Source: an uncultured Lentisphaerales bacterium (lineage in GTDB: Bacteria > Verrucomicrobiota > Lentisphaeria > JABSQK01 > UBA12247). Taken from it: DNA of 64,000 bases. Position 1 is the stretch's first letter, and each line of letters begins with the position of its first letter. The position numbers were made by a program, and so were the translations under genes. Positions 19,778-30,398 of the stretch are shown here, in pieces. The DNA lies in NCBI GenBank assembly GCA_943788985.1, contig CALSSJ010000017.1:96001-160000 (forward strand). Reading direction: 5' to 3'. The notes beneath the pieces were generated by a model. The model saw only the letters and a program-made list of their open reading frames with translations, ran no database searches and had not been told where the DNA came from.

Positions 19778-21151
19778 ATGAAATATCTAGCAGTGGACCT
19801 CGGTGCCTCTAGCGGTAGAACCATCGTTGCAGACCTCACACCGGGGCGCATCGAGCTGACAGAAACTCACCGCTTCAGCAACGGCTTCATCGATCGGGCT
19901 GGATCGAAAGTCTGGCCATTCGAAAAAATCATGACTGATGTCCGCAAAGGCATTGCCAACTCCGGCAAGATTGACGGCATTGGCCTTGACACTTGGGGTG
20001 TTGACTTCGGCTACATCGATAAGAGTGGAAATCTCCTGGCGGATCCGTATGCCTACCGGGATGCCCGCAGCGAGCGTGCCATGCCGGCAGTCTACGAGCG
20101 CATCAGCCGGGAGCGTCTCTACGAGATCGCTGGCATGCAGGAAATGACATTCAACTCCGTATTTCAGGTCATGGCCGACATGCTCGAGCGCCCTGCCCTC
20201 CTTGAGCGCGCCGCGCAACTACTGTTTACGCCCGACCTGATCGCACACGCGCTTACCGGTGACAGCGCGACCGAGTACACCGTCGCCTCCACCTCTGGAA
20301 TGCTCGACGCCGCTACCCGCACCTGGTCCAGCGAAATTCTCGACGCACTCGGCGCGCCACGTCATCTGTTCGGCCAAGTCGACTTCCCAGGCACCAAGCA
20401 GGGCAGCTACAATGGCATCCCAGTCTGCTTGGCTCCCTCCCATGATACCGCCAGTGCCGTCGCTGCCGTCCCCGCAACAGGAGATCCCGACTGGTGCTAC
20501 ATCAGCTCCGGAACCTGGTCGCTCGTCGGAGCAGAACTCGATGCCCCCGTCTGCACTGCCGAGGCACGGGATTCGGGCTTCACAAACGAAGGCGGTGTCG
20601 CCGGAAAAATTCGCTTCCTCACGAACGTGAACGGCATGTGGTTAATCCAGGAATGCCAGCGAATTTGGGCGGAGCAAGGACAAAACCTGACCTTTGCGGA
20701 AATCGCCAGCGCAGCCACAGCCTGCGCCGGTTTCAGCTCCAAAGTAGATCCTGCGGATAACCGCTTTCTCGCGCCTGACAATATGATCGAGCTTGTGCAG
20801 AGTTGCTGCCGCGAGACAGACCAACCCGTGCCCAAGACCGTTGGCGAGATCGCTCGCTGTTGCTACGAGAGCCTGGCAGCATCCTACGCAACTGTGATCA
20901 CCCGTCTCGAAGCCGTCAGCGGCCGCAGCTTCAACCGCATTCATGTAGTGGGTGGCGGCTGTCAAGCAACCTTGCTCAACCAGCTTACAGCTGATGCCTG
21001 CCAGCGTCCCGTCATCGCTGGACCAGTCGAAGCCACCGCCATCGGCAACGTCTCCGTCCAGGCCCTTGCGCAAGGCGTTTTTGCAAACCTCGCAGAACTG
21101 CGCGCAGCAGTCGCTGCCGCCTTCGAGACCACCGTCTACACTCCTCGCTAG
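19778..21151 (+). CDS. rhaB: Rhamnulokinase-like FGGY carbohydrate kinase
   Basis: LAVDLGASSGR, DTWGVDF, HDTASAV, ISSGTWSL, NEGG, GPVEATAIGN. Confidence 0.8.
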   Translation: MKYLAVDLGASSGRTIVADLTPGRIELTETHRFSNGFIDRAGSKVWPFEKIMTDVRKGIANSGKIDGIGLDTWGVDFGYIDKSGNLLADPYAYRDARSERAMPAVYERISRERLYEIAGMQEMTFNSVFQVMADMLERPALLERAAQLLFTPDLIAHALTGDSATEYTVASTSGMLDAATRTWSSEILDALGAPRHLFGQVDFPGTKQGSYNGIPVCLAPSHDTASAVAAVPATGDPDWCYISSGTWSLVGAELDAPVCTAEARDSGFTNEGGVAGKIRFLTNVNGMWLIQECQRIWAEQGQNLTFAEIASAATACAGFSSKVDPADNRFLAPDNMIELVQSCCRETDQPVPKTVGEIARCCYESLAASYATVITRLEAVSGRSFNRIHVVGGGCQATLLNQLTADACQRPVIAGPVEATAIGNVSVQALAQGVFANLAELRAAVAAAFETTVYTPR

Positions 21152-21221
21152 CAGTTGCGCCAAGCCAGCTCCGTGGTGGCTTTACAGCGTACATCGCAAG
21201 GCGGCACCGCGCACAATGGCA

Positions 21222-21358
21222 GGACTCGGCGACGCGATGACTTGATGACTTGATGACGCCCGCTCCCAGCCTGACTAGGCTGACTTCCGGCCAGTCCGAT
21301 TGCGGCTCGTTCCTAATTTCGGTCATCGCGTCGCCGGGAGTCACGGCGTCACCAAGTC
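21222..21358. repeat. Intergenic repeat element, family A (GTCACCAAGTC)
   Basis: 15-bp perfect IR 21227-41/21322-36, GATGACTT tandem, core GAGTCACGGCGTCACCAAGTC also at 60250-70 and reverse-complemented at ~42463-83. Confidence 0.7.
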
Positions 21359-21651
21359 TTACTCTCACGCGGCGATCCCGAATAGCTGCCCGAAAGCGCC
21401 CCAGGCCGATGGTCCCGCGCAGCAGCCAATGCGGCATCGATCATCGGGACATCAGGCTCGTGGGCAACTGCGAACTCCGCAACTTCGCAGCCCCCCTCGA
21501 CCAGGGCTTGGCGCTGCGCGGCGTTGCGAGCTTCGCAACTGCCGCGCACGAGCAGGAGGCGCTGGCCGTAGGCCCGCACCCAACTCGGGAGTTCGGCGAC
21601 GCTGCCCCAGCCAAATCGGAGTTGCTGTGCTGCGGCAGACTGAAAGTCCAT
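21349..21651 (-). pseudogene. Truncated iron-containing alcohol dehydrogenase
   Basis: MDF....LRFGWG..LLLVRG..HEPDV; IGLG in a shifted frame; only ~100 codons, stop lies inside the repeat. Confidence 0.75.
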
Positions 21652-21661
21652 ATGAATCGAA

Positions 21662-22657
21662 TCAGCCGGCTCGCGGATGGGCAATCTCATACACCCGGCG
21701 TAGCCGCTCCGGTGTGATGTGCGTGTAGATCTGGGTCGTGGAAAGACTGCTGTGGCCCAGCATTTCCTGGACACTGCGCAGGTCTGCACCGGCGTCTAGC
21801 AGGTGCGACGCGAACGAGTGACGCAAGGCATGGGGTGTGTAGTCGACCGGCAATCCTGACTCACTCAAATAGACCTTGAACTGCCGTTGGACCGAGCGCA
21901 CGGTCAACGGCCCACCGCGCTGATTGCGGAACAGAATCCCCCGCTCTCGCCGTCCTGCGAACCCCAACCGCGCCCGCTCTGCCAGATACTCCCGCAGCGC
22001 CGACAGCGCCGGTTTCCCCAAGACGCACAGACGCTCCTTCTTGCCTTTTCCGCGCAATCGGGCAACACCGCTAATTAGGTCTACGTCGTCCAGTTCCAGC
22101 TGGATCGCCTCACTGATACGCATGCCACCGCTGTAGATCACTTCCAGGATCGCGCAATCGCGCGCCGCCGCGAACGTCGGTTCCCCACGCAGTGCGCAGT
22201 CACTCGAATATGCGCGTCGCCAATAACGGCTCGGCGCATCCAGCAATGACCGCACCTCATCAACCGACAGCACGTGGGGCAGATTTCGCTTCTGCTTGGG
22301 CCGACGCAACCCGGTAAAGGGATTCACCAGCAGGTTTCCTTCCCGCACCAGAAAATAACAGAAGCTTCGCAACGCCGAGAGCTTACGCAGGGTAGAAGTA
22401 CGTGCTAGGTTCCATTCTGAGAGGCGCACCAGGTAGCGGCGAGCCGCGCGCGCGTTGATTGCCTCATCAGTTGTGGGCTGTTTCAGGTCAGCGCCCAGCA
22501 CATTGTCAACGAATTGAACCAAATCGCGCCGATAGGCATCCAGCGTATGCTCGGAGGCATTTCGCTCGCGCTCCAAATACCGGAGAAAGCGATGAATCAT
22601 GTCGCCAATTGACCCGCTCGGCAATGCTAAGTCTTCGGGTATCTCAGCGCCGCTCAT
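21662..22657 (-). CDS. xerC: Tyrosine recombinase XerC/XerD family
   Basis: SEHTLDAYRRDL, SGGMRISE, GKGKKER, PHALRHSFASHLL..GADLRSVQEMLGH..TTQIYTH. Confidence 0.85.
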   Translation of the reverse strand: MSGAEIPEDLALPSGSIGDMIHRFLRYLERERNASEHTLDAYRRDLVQFVDNVLGADLKQPTTDEAINARAARRYLVRLSEWNLARTSTLRKLSALRSFCYFLVREGNLLVNPFTGLRRPKQKRNLPHVLSVDEVRSLLDAPSRYWRRAYSSDCALRGEPTFAAARDCAILEVIYSGGMRISEAIQLELDDVDLISGVARLRGKGKKERLCVLGKPALSALREYLAERARLGFAGRRERGILFRNQRGGPLTVRSVQRQFKVYLSESGLPVDYTPHALRHSFASHLLDAGADLRSVQEMLGHSSLSTTQIYTHITPERLRRVYEIAHPRAG

Positions 22658-22793
22658 TTCTTTTTCCGGCGCTTTTTTTCTGCTCCCGACTCCAGCGTCA
22701 CTGTATTGTGCTCCGAGTTGACTTGACGATCGAAAACCGCGACGGTCATCCCATCTGCCCCGAGAGTCCCCGTAGGCGGGCAAAGACATTTTG

Positions 22794-23414
22794 CTATAGC
22801 TCCACCCACCTGCAGGAGCGGTGGGCATCTTCTTTCTTGCCCTTTTTTTCTTTCTCTCTGGCCTTACCAAAGGGTGCCACGCCTCTACCAATTGACGGTC
22901 TTGGGCAGGGCCCAATTCTTCCCCTTGTCCGCAGCTTACGCACACGATCCGGTGTATTGGCCGCCTTCAGCAGAGCTGTAAAATTCACTTGCCGCTTTTC
23001 CTTCTCAGCCTCAATGATCGCCACCAGCGCCTGCCACTTCGAGGGATTTAACCGGCGCACAATCGTGGAGAACGACAGACCGACCAACCCCTTCCGCGCG
23101 CTGCCAGCCTGCATGAGATTCCCTGCCACCTTGGACAAATACTCCGCAGAGGCATTGCCACCATCTTCCATCGACTGATCTGGCGGCGGAATTTTCGCTT
23201 CGTCGCCGATCCACTCGTTAAGCTGTTTTCCATTCGCGCTGGTGGGCGCCAGCGTCAAAATCATGCGCACCAGATTTCGCCCTAGATAGTCGCTATGGTC
23301 CTCGGCCAAGCGCTGCTGGGCAAGCCTTCCAGCTCCCGCCATGCAGGTATGGAAAGCACCGTCACACACAGACGACACCATGACCGCTAACATCGACAGC
23401 ATTCGGCGTTTCAT
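22794..23414 (-). CDS. Hypothetical exported protein
   Basis: Signal-like MKRRMLSMLAVMV; start just after the upstream gene's stop with GGAG RBS. Confidence 0.5.
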   Translation of the reverse strand: MKRRMLSMLAVMVSSVCDGAFHTCMAGAGRLAQQRLAEDHSDYLGRNLVRMILTLAPTSANGKQLNEWIGDEAKIPPPDQSMEDGGNASAEYLSKVAGNLMQAGSARKGLVGLSFSTIVRRLNPSKWQALVAIIEAEKEKRQVNFTALLKAANTPDRVRKLRTRGRIGPCPRPSIGRGVAPFGKAREKEKKGKKEDAHRSCRWVEL

Positions 23415-23416
23415 CG

Positions 23417-24859
23417 TTACTCCCTGGCAGCCGCGTCCGCGATGACATGTGGCAGCCGGCTTTGACACCAAAGACAAAAAAGTACATTCACCGAGCCCAA
23501 GATACCAACAGTCAGATCATCGTTACACTCCATAACCTCGATGAGAAACCACAATACACCCACCTGTACTCCAAACCCAACTGCGAGTCCGATCACACTT
23601 GGCCAGCGCAGAACGCGCACTGACAAGTAGAAAATAAGATGCAATATTGCAACATATCCAGAGATCGCCACAATCGCCGACTCCTCCTCGCAAAGGACTT
23701 CTGCAATCCTCTCACACAAAGAGCCATCTCCGTAGATCAGCTCTACAAACACTAGGATTCCCGTTAGAAAAAGCATGCTTAACGCTCGCCCTGCTAACTT
23801 CCGCCAGATCAAACTACGCAACGATATCGGCAGTGTGAGGAGAACGGCCAGTGTGCGCTGACGCCACTCCCAGCCAAGAACATTGCCGACGTGCAAGGGA
23901 TAAATGAACAGAATCATCGAGATCATTAACCACTCTGTCGCATTAATGTCTTCCATCCGCCAGCCAAGGATAATCGGGACCACCGGCAAGAATAATGGCA
24001 GCGCGCCGCCGACGGCAATTCGCCACTCAAACCAGATTAGAAAGTCCCCCCAGCAGCGTCGGCGTCGGCCGTTGGAACGCGTTAGCTGCCAGCCTGGCAT
24101 CACTTCCAGCCTGCCATTTGAACGCGCAAGAACCGCCCAAGCCATTAGAAAAGCCAGCTGCGAGAGCCCGAAATAGAAGCCCCAACGGGCACTGCCCACA
24201 CCATCTACCAACTCCATAATGTGGTAGAAAGGACACACCATCTCCAGCATATGTCCGCTCTCGAAGTCGACAAAGAGAACTTCCTGCAGGGCTGGCCCCG
24301 CTAGCACGAAAAGGCTGACACTGGCAGCTGCCAGACCACACACGACGAGGCTAGCCGACACTGTCGAACAAAGCAGCGCCAGGTTACCGAGTAGCAACAC
24401 AAGACCAAGCAACTCCAGATACACCGTAAATACCGTCTCAACGGTGAGTCCTCCCAGAAGCGTAGCGAATAGCGCAAACGGAAGTTGGGCGAGTAGAAAT
24501 AAAGCACAGCGAATCAACCGCGCGGTCGACTTGCAAAGCAACAGAGAAAGCCAGCCCACGTCGGCGGTCTGCAGCAAGACAAGCGTCCCATCCGCCCGCT
24601 CTTCAGCAATCACAGAGCTAAAGGAAGTAACCGTCAGCAACGCCAATGCGAATAGATTGAGGACCGTCAACCTGGTAAAGAGCTCAAGTCCAGCGGCCCC
24701 TGAATACAAGGCGTGCACTTTCCCACTGCCTAGAAACACGCAGACCATACCGAGCAAGCCAGCCCGCCAGATGTAGGACTGCAGCGAGCGCTGGTCATCG
24801 CGCAGGTCCCGGATCAGTAGTGCGAGCAGCGCAGACGCTCGCTGCCGGAACGCCTTCAT
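23417..24859 (-). CDS. ABC-2 type permease-like membrane protein (duplicated domain)
   Basis: Two AEERADGTLVLL / WEWRQRTLAVLLT motifs, many TM helices. Confidence 0.75.
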   Translation of the reverse strand: MKAFRQRASALLALLIRDLRDDQRSLQSYIWRAGLLGMVCVFLGSGKVHALYSGAAGLELFTRLTVLNLFALALLTVTSFSSVIAEERADGTLVLLQTADVGWLSLLLCKSTARLIRCALFLLAQLPFALFATLLGGLTVETVFTVYLELLGLVLLLGNLALLCSTVSASLVVCGLAAASVSLFVLAGPALQEVLFVDFESGHMLEMVCPFYHIMELVDGVGSARWGFYFGLSQLAFLMAWAVLARSNGRLEVMPGWQLTRSNGRRRRCWGDFLIWFEWRIAVGGALPLFLPVVPIILGWRMEDINATEWLMISMILFIYPLHVGNVLGWEWRQRTLAVLLTLPISLRSLIWRKLAGRALSMLFLTGILVFVELIYGDGSLCERIAEVLCEEESAIVAISGYVAILHLIFYLSVRVLRWPSVIGLAVGFGVQVGVLWFLIEVMECNDDLTVGILGSVNVLFCLWCQSRLPHVIADAAARE

Positions 24860-27216
24860 GGCAGGAGAAGCTGCAACAGGCGCACCACTTCCGCCTCGCC
24901 CGGCTTGGCTCCATCGTAAATCTTGAGCGAGCGCTTGGCTTCGTCCTTCCGTCCCAAGTGGAAATAGCACTGCCCAAGATAGAAATGCGGCTCGACAGCT
25001 TCCGGAAGCAGCTGCGCCACCTCTTCAAAAAACGGCAGCGATTCCGGCCATTTCTGCGCGGCCACCAAATTTCGCCCGCGTTCAAATAGGGCGTTCGGCA
25101 GGTTCTTGGCAGCCGCCACGTACTCTGGATTCAGCGCCAATGCCTTCCGATACAGGCGCACGGCTTCTCCCGGCCGCCCCGTCTGCAGAAAAACCCCAGC
25201 CATATTGTTTAACGCAGTCTGCAACGAATCATCCAACTCCAGCGCCTTCGTTAGATATTTTTCGGCCGCGTCGTAATCCTCCAGCCGAAATGTCGCCGCT
25301 CCGAGGTCCGAGTACACACCCGCAGTGTTCGAGCCCAGTTCAATTGCGGCCTTATAGGCATGAATCGATGCTTCGACCGCGCCAGCTTTCAGCCGCGCCC
25401 GCCCAAGCTGCTCGTGAAAGCGCGCATTATTCGGCGAAGTCTCAACCAATTCCTCGAAGCATGTTGCGGACTCCGCATATTTTCCAGCAAACAGCAGTGT
25501 ATCTGCCAGTTTGGTCCGTGCATTCATATTGTCCGGCTGATGCGCAATCACCGTGCGAAATCCGGCAATCGCCCGGTCGTACTCCAGCAACTTCGAGCGG
25601 GCAACCGACAAGTCATACAGTGCCCGCATATCACTCCTGTTAAGCTCGTACGCCTTCCCGAAACAGCCAGCGGCCTTGGCGTGTTCGCCCTGCTTACCAT
25701 AGAGCAGCCCCAGATTGACATAGCTGTCCAGATATCTGGGGTTGATCTCCAGCGATTTCAGATAAGACTGCTCTGCTCTCTTCAGATAGTCCGCGTTTGC
25801 GAGGCGATCCTCATGATAGAGCCGCAACATCTGCTCGCCGTACGAAGCATTCGCGCGTGCGCTGTTTGGCGCCCGCTTCACATCAGAGCTAACCAACGTC
25901 CAATTATTTTTCCACACAGGGTTTCGCACCACAGTTCTCACTGAGTAGCCGACGACCAGCAACCCAACAACGGCAAAGGAAACCTTGCGTGGTACGGCCA
26001 CTTGGGGCGGGGCCCCCACGGCCCAGGCGGCGATCCCGACGCAGTATGCCACTGACGGCATGTACAAAAAGCGATCCGCCATCGGCGCCCCAATCGGAAA
26101 CACCAGATTGGATACGATCGAGAGCGTTGCCAGATAATACAGCGGCAAAATCCCGTGCGCCCGTTTGTGCCCCAACGCCCATATCGCCCAGCCCGCCAGC
26201 GCCAGATGTAAAACCACACTCAGCAATGCCTCCACGTTCAGAAAGTCCACCGCTGGAATCTGATTGTACGAGTAATCGTAGGACAGCGGATGCGGAAAAA
26301 CCATCAGCTTGAGGTAGCGAAATAATGTCAGAAATATTGTCGCGTAGCGTTCGGTCGATGTCATTGCCGCGAACGGATCCAGCATCACATCGGTAGACAC
26401 CCGGTCCCCGATCGATCCGGCGCATACTGCCCGAATCAGGACAAACACGATCGCCACCGCCAGAAAGGGCGCGGTCCATTTGAGCAATTGGGACACCCTA
26501 AACCCACGCAAGCAATACAGGCACGCAGGAAAAATAGCCAAAAAGGTAACCGCACTCTCCTTCGAAAACAGCGCCAGGAAGTACACCGCCACCGATCCAG
26601 CCAGCCATGCCTTCGCCCGGTCCGTTGCTTGCAGCAGCATCCAGAACGACACCAGCACCAGCAGAAAGCAGAGCACATCGTCCCTGCCCTTGATGTTCGC
26701 CACTGCCTCCGTGTGCGAGGGATGCGCGGCAAACAACATCGCCGCCAGCCACGCAATCCACCCTCGATTTGGCAACGCGTGCAGCAGCTTCAGCAAACAG
26801 GCATAAAGCGCTAGGCAAGTGATCGCGTACAGCAGCGCGTTGATGCCATGACTTCGCTCTGGCCGAAACGTCGGCTCCTCTGCCGGTCCGCCCCACAACT
26901 GCTGCTCTAGCGCAAATGTCACCAACGACAGCGGCCGATAGCGGCCACCGCTCAAGGCCACTTCCTTTTCCAGAAACCCGCGAAACGTGTCTTGGGACAT
27001 TATTTTGCCGATTCCCGCCACGCCTTCCTTGACGTAGCTGTTGTCGCGAAAGACCACGTAGTCGTCGAGCGCAAAATCATGACCCAACGTATTCACGTAC
27101 AGCAGAAAACCGAGGGCAAACACCGAAAGTGCCTGCCAGCGAAACGTGGCAGCGTCTAACCCGACCGGCCTCTCTTCCGCGGAAACCCGCCACTTCTTCC
27201 GAGCGCGCCTAGCCAT
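24856..27216 (-). CDS. TMTC-like GT-C glycosyltransferase with TPR repeats
   Basis: FALDD, YRPL, HP.HTEAVANI.GR, SKESA, ADRFLYMPS, C-terminal TPR array. Confidence 0.85.
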   Translation of the reverse strand: MARRARKKWRVSAEERPVGLDAATFRWQALSVFALGFLLYVNTLGHDFALDDYVVFRDNSYVKEGVAGIGKIMSQDTFRGFLEKEVALSGGRYRPLSLVTFALEQQLWGGPAEEPTFRPERSHGINALLYAITCLALYACLLKLLHALPNRGWIAWLAAMLFAAHPSHTEAVANIKGRDDVLCFLLVLVSFWMLLQATDRAKAWLAGSVAVYFLALFSKESAVTFLAIFPACLYCLRGFRVSQLLKWTAPFLAVAIVFVLIRAVCAGSIGDRVSTDVMLDPFAAMTSTERYATIFLTLFRYLKLMVFPHPLSYDYSYNQIPAVDFLNVEALLSVVLHLALAGWAIWALGHKRAHGILPLYYLATLSIVSNLVFPIGAPMADRFLYMPSVAYCVGIAAWAVGAPPQVAVPRKVSFAVVGLLVVGYSVRTVVRNPVWKNNWTLVSSDVKRAPNSARANASYGEQMLRLYHEDRLANADYLKRAEQSYLKSLEINPRYLDSYVNLGLLYGKQGEHAKAAGCFGKAYELNRSDMRALYDLSVARSKLLEYDRAIAGFRTVIAHQPDNMNARTKLADTLLFAGKYAESATCFEELVETSPNNARFHEQLGRARLKAGAVEASIHAYKAAIELGSNTAGVYSDLGAATFRLEDYDAAEKYLTKALELDDSLQTALNNMAGVFLQTGRPGEAVRLYRKALALNPEYVAAAKNLPNALFERGRNLVAAQKWPESLPFFEEVAQLLPEAVEPHFYLGQCYFHLGRKDEAKRSLKIYDGAKPGEAEVVRLLQLLLP

Positions 27217-28333
27217 CAGCGATTCGCCGGTACAGATCCCCGTAACCCGCCACCATCGACTTCATTGAAAATCTCTCTATGACTACCGCCCGTGCGCGAG
27301 TTGCGAACTCCGCATTTTGCTCCCGCGCGAGCAACGCGTCGCGCAAGGCTGCGACAAATTGCTTGTGGTCCGTTAAGTCCGCGATCCAGCCGTCCGCACC
27401 GTGCGTCACCGCATCTGCGGCACCACAGGCGGCATTCGTTAGCACGGGCACGCCACTCGCCATCGCTTCCAAGGCCGCGTTCGACAGACCCTCGCGAATC
27501 GACGGAATCGCCAGCACATTAAACGCCGGATAGACCTCAGCGGGCAGGGATCTAAATCCTGCGAGATGCACCCGGTCAGAGAATTGTGAGGCCGCGCGCC
27601 TTGCCTCGACTGCCTCTTTTCGCGGTCCACTCCCGCCGACAAACACTAGGTGAAAGTCCGGGAACTCTCCCGCTAACTCGTCGAACGCGGCCAACGCGGC
27701 CTCATGTCGCTTGTAGGCCCCGAATCGCGCCACCATGCCGACCACAAATGCGGACTCCGCAATCCCCAGTTCTGCTCGCAGCGTGCAGTGCTGGTCTGGC
27801 CGAAACACGGTCGTATCGACGCCGTTCGTCACTGTTGCAATCTCACGATTGTTCAAGCCCAACGCTTCTAGATGCCGGGTCAGCCCGATGGTGACCGTCT
27901 GCACCGATTTCGCCGCACCGTAGAATCGCCGCCGCAGCGCCAGTCTTTTCGCGGTCTGCTCCTCTTCGGGCATCTCCGAGTGCACCCCGTGCAGCAGCGG
28001 AACCGAGCGCCCCCACCAGGTAGCTGGAGCTGCGTAGATGAGAGTTGCTAGATTATGCGTATGCACCACATCCGGCTTCACGCGCCGGATCGCATTCATC
28101 AACCGCCAGACAGTGCGCAGCGATTTTCCCGGTGGTTTGCCCAGCACGTCGATGCAGTCGCCGTTGCGAATTAGCCGGTCGGCAAACTCGCCGCGCGTGG
28201 CCAGACAGCAGAATTGCACGTCGAACGCTTCGGGGTCCAGCCGATTCGCCACGTTAACTACGCCATTCTCCATCCCGCCCTGTTCCAAAGACAGAACGAC
28301 GTGAAGCACCCGAACAGATTTCGATCCAGCCAT
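27209..28333 (-). CDS. GT4 family glycosyltransferase
   Basis: GGMENGVVN, NGVD...F, PSIREGLSNAALEAMASGVP. Confidence 0.9.
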   Translation of the reverse strand: MAGSKSVRVLHVVLSLEQGGMENGVVNVANRLDPEAFDVQFCCLATRGEFADRLIRNGDCIDVLGKPPGKSLRTVWRLMNAIRRVKPDVVHTHNLATLIYAAPATWWGRSVPLLHGVHSEMPEEEQTAKRLALRRRFYGAAKSVQTVTIGLTRHLEALGLNNREIATVTNGVDTTVFRPDQHCTLRAELGIAESAFVVGMVARFGAYKRHEAALAAFDELAGEFPDFHLVFVGGSGPRKEAVEARRAASQFSDRVHLAGFRSLPAEVYPAFNVLAIPSIREGLSNAALEAMASGVPVLTNAACGAADAVTHGADGWIADLTDHKQFVAALRDALLAREQNAEFATRARAVVIERFSMKSMVAGYGDLYRRIADG

Positions 28334-28489
28334 TCCCAGAGCCACCCACAGCCTTCGATCACAAGAACCCGTAGAGTAGCTCGACTTCGCGCCACGACAA
28401 CCCAAATACGCGCCGCTCGCGGCTGGTACTGCCGCCCACTTGCGTTACTGTACGTATTCTCACTGAACGCTCGCGCCATGGAGGACACA

Positions 28490-28753
28490 ATGTCTCGGTT
28501 CCTGACCCTATTTTTTCTCGTGATGGCTATGCTGCTTGCCACGGGTTGCTGCTGCCGCCCCTACCAAACTCGCGCACACAATCCTTATCAGGATCGCACC
28601 GTTGACTGGTATTCCTGGCCCAAGGAGAGCATGGAACCCAAGACACGCCGCGTCGCGATCCCACGCGTCTACAAGCGTTATGGCATCAGTCAGAGTGCAA
28701 GCATCGGCGTCATGCCGCAATTGCACAATGGCGTACTGCTGGAGTACGAGTAG
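28490..28753 (+). CDS. Small lipoprotein, hypothetical
   Basis: GGAGG RBS; lipobox LATGC followed by CC. Confidence 0.7.
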   Translation: MSRFLTLFFLVMAMLLATGCCCRPYQTRAHNPYQDRTVDWYSWPKESMEPKTRRVAIPRVYKRYGISQSASIGVMPQLHNGVLLEYE

Positions 28754-28758
28754 GCCAA

Positions 28759-30033
28759 TTGTTCGCCCGACTGACGCTGCTCACAGCGCTTGCACTACTC
28801 TTCGCAGGCTGCCGGACGATCTACGACCCATTTGATGCCGGCAAGAAATCCCAGGAGCGCGGCGACCATCGCGAGGCAGTAGACGCCTACTCCGAAGCCC
28901 TGGCCAACACCCCCGAGTGGACCGAAGCGCAGAACCGCCTGCGCAAGTCTGCCAACGAAGCCATCTCCCAGCGCTACGAAACTGCCAAGCGTCTAAAAGA
29001 TCCGCTGGCCGCCGCTGAGACTTGCCTCGAGATTGACCGCGTGATCGCCCGTGGCCGCGAGGCCAACGTCGGCTTGGAAATCCCAGACGATTACCCACGG
29101 TTTCGCCGCGATCTGCTCGACACCGCCATCGAAACCAAGCGTACTCGGGCACGAGAGCTCGCCGCGCGCGGCAAGTGGCGCGTCGCCCAACGCCTCATCA
29201 GGCAGGCAGGTGAAGATTTCCACGCCACCACTCAACAGCACCGACTTCTCCGCGAAGACGCTGTCCAAATCCAGCTCGATCGCGCCCGCAAAGCACTCGC
29301 CAAGAACCGCTACTGCGACGCCCAAGAAATCTTACGAGACGCCCGCAAACTTGCGGCAGAAAGCCACGTCAGCGAAGACTTGCGCGCTCTCGAGCAGCGC
29401 GTTGCGGACTTCGCAGCCAAGCGCGTCGTTGTCTTCCCGCTTTGGGCCCCGCCTGAAGCCGGTGAACTGCCGCCCGGCTTCCTCGATGACTTGAACCACT
29501 CGCTGCATGCTGCGCTACAAGACACCCCGGCCTTTCTCCAGGTTGCCCCACAGACAGAGATCACGAGCTGGCTGCGCACCAACAACCTCTCGCGCCGCTC
29601 CCGCAGCGTTGCGAGCTCCGCGAACGCGGGCGAGGACCTGAAGGCCGATCTCGTCGTAAACGCCTGGCTCGAGCGCATGAGCAGTGACGAATCCTCGCTC
29701 ACAGGCCGCCCAATCCAGGCCCGCACACGCGAGGGAGAGGCCACTGAATACACCCTGCTTTCCGGCCCCTGCCGGATCCACTGCCAAGTTCGCTTCGTGG
29801 TGATCGACACCGCGACCCGCAAAGCCGTGCTGGACAAGACTCTCAATACCGTAGCCAAGGGCCGCATTGAGCGTGCCACATTTGCGGGCAACATCCGCAC
29901 CCTTAATCTCAACCCGGCCGAACGTCGACTCTTTCACCTCGGCGGGAACCGCAGCACCGAGGATGATCTCATGCGCAAGGCTGCCCAACAACTCGTCGAC
30001 GCTACATCGAGGCTTGCCGGCTGCGACCGATGA
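28759..30033 (+). CDS. TPR-containing lipoprotein
   Basis: Lipobox FAGC; helical TPR-like N-half; alpha/beta C-domain (VVVFP..ADLVV..V..RFVVID). Confidence 0.75.
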   Translation: MFARLTLLTALALLFAGCRTIYDPFDAGKKSQERGDHREAVDAYSEALANTPEWTEAQNRLRKSANEAISQRYETAKRLKDPLAAAETCLEIDRVIARGREANVGLEIPDDYPRFRRDLLDTAIETKRTRARELAARGKWRVAQRLIRQAGEDFHATTQQHRLLREDAVQIQLDRARKALAKNRYCDAQEILRDARKLAAESHVSEDLRALEQRVADFAAKRVVVFPLWAPPEAGELPPGFLDDLNHSLHAALQDTPAFLQVAPQTEITSWLRTNNLSRRSRSVASSANAGEDLKADLVVNAWLERMSSDESSLTGRPIQARTREGEATEYTLLSGPCRIHCQVRFVVIDTATRKAVLDKTLNTVAKGRIERATFAGNIRTLNLNPAERRLFHLGGNRSTEDDLMRKAAQQLVDATSRLAGCDR

Positions 30034-30398
30034 CCCCGTTGGTCACGGTCGTCATGCCCTGCCGCAACGAACAAGACCACATCGCCGACTGTCTGCGCTC
30101 ATTACTTGACAGCGACTACCCGCCAGACCGCCTCGAGTTCATGATTTTTGATGGCCAGAGCAAAGACCGCACCCCCGAGATTCTTGCGGAGTGCGCAAAA
30201 GAAGATCCTCGCATGAAAGTCATCGCGAACTCCGCAAAAATCAGGCCCGTCGGGCTTGATCTTGGCTTAGCCGAAGCCACCGGCGAGATCATTACCCGAG
30301 CCGATGCCCATACCTGCGCGTCCTTACCGAGCTGCTGCGCGCCGAAGACGCAGACATTATCGGGTGCGAACTCGCAGCCAGGAAAGGTCACCGCGTGA
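30030..30398 (+). pseudogene. Truncated ExoA-like GT2 glycosyltransferase
   Basis: VTVVMPCRNE..DGQSKD..RADAH, then YLRVLTELL..ADIIG in another frame; C-half absent. Confidence 0.75.

Noticed and set aside
21662..22657. Possible integron or phage integrase
   Set aside because: XerC-type motifs, no IntI-specific insertion evident, no attC array or phage genes
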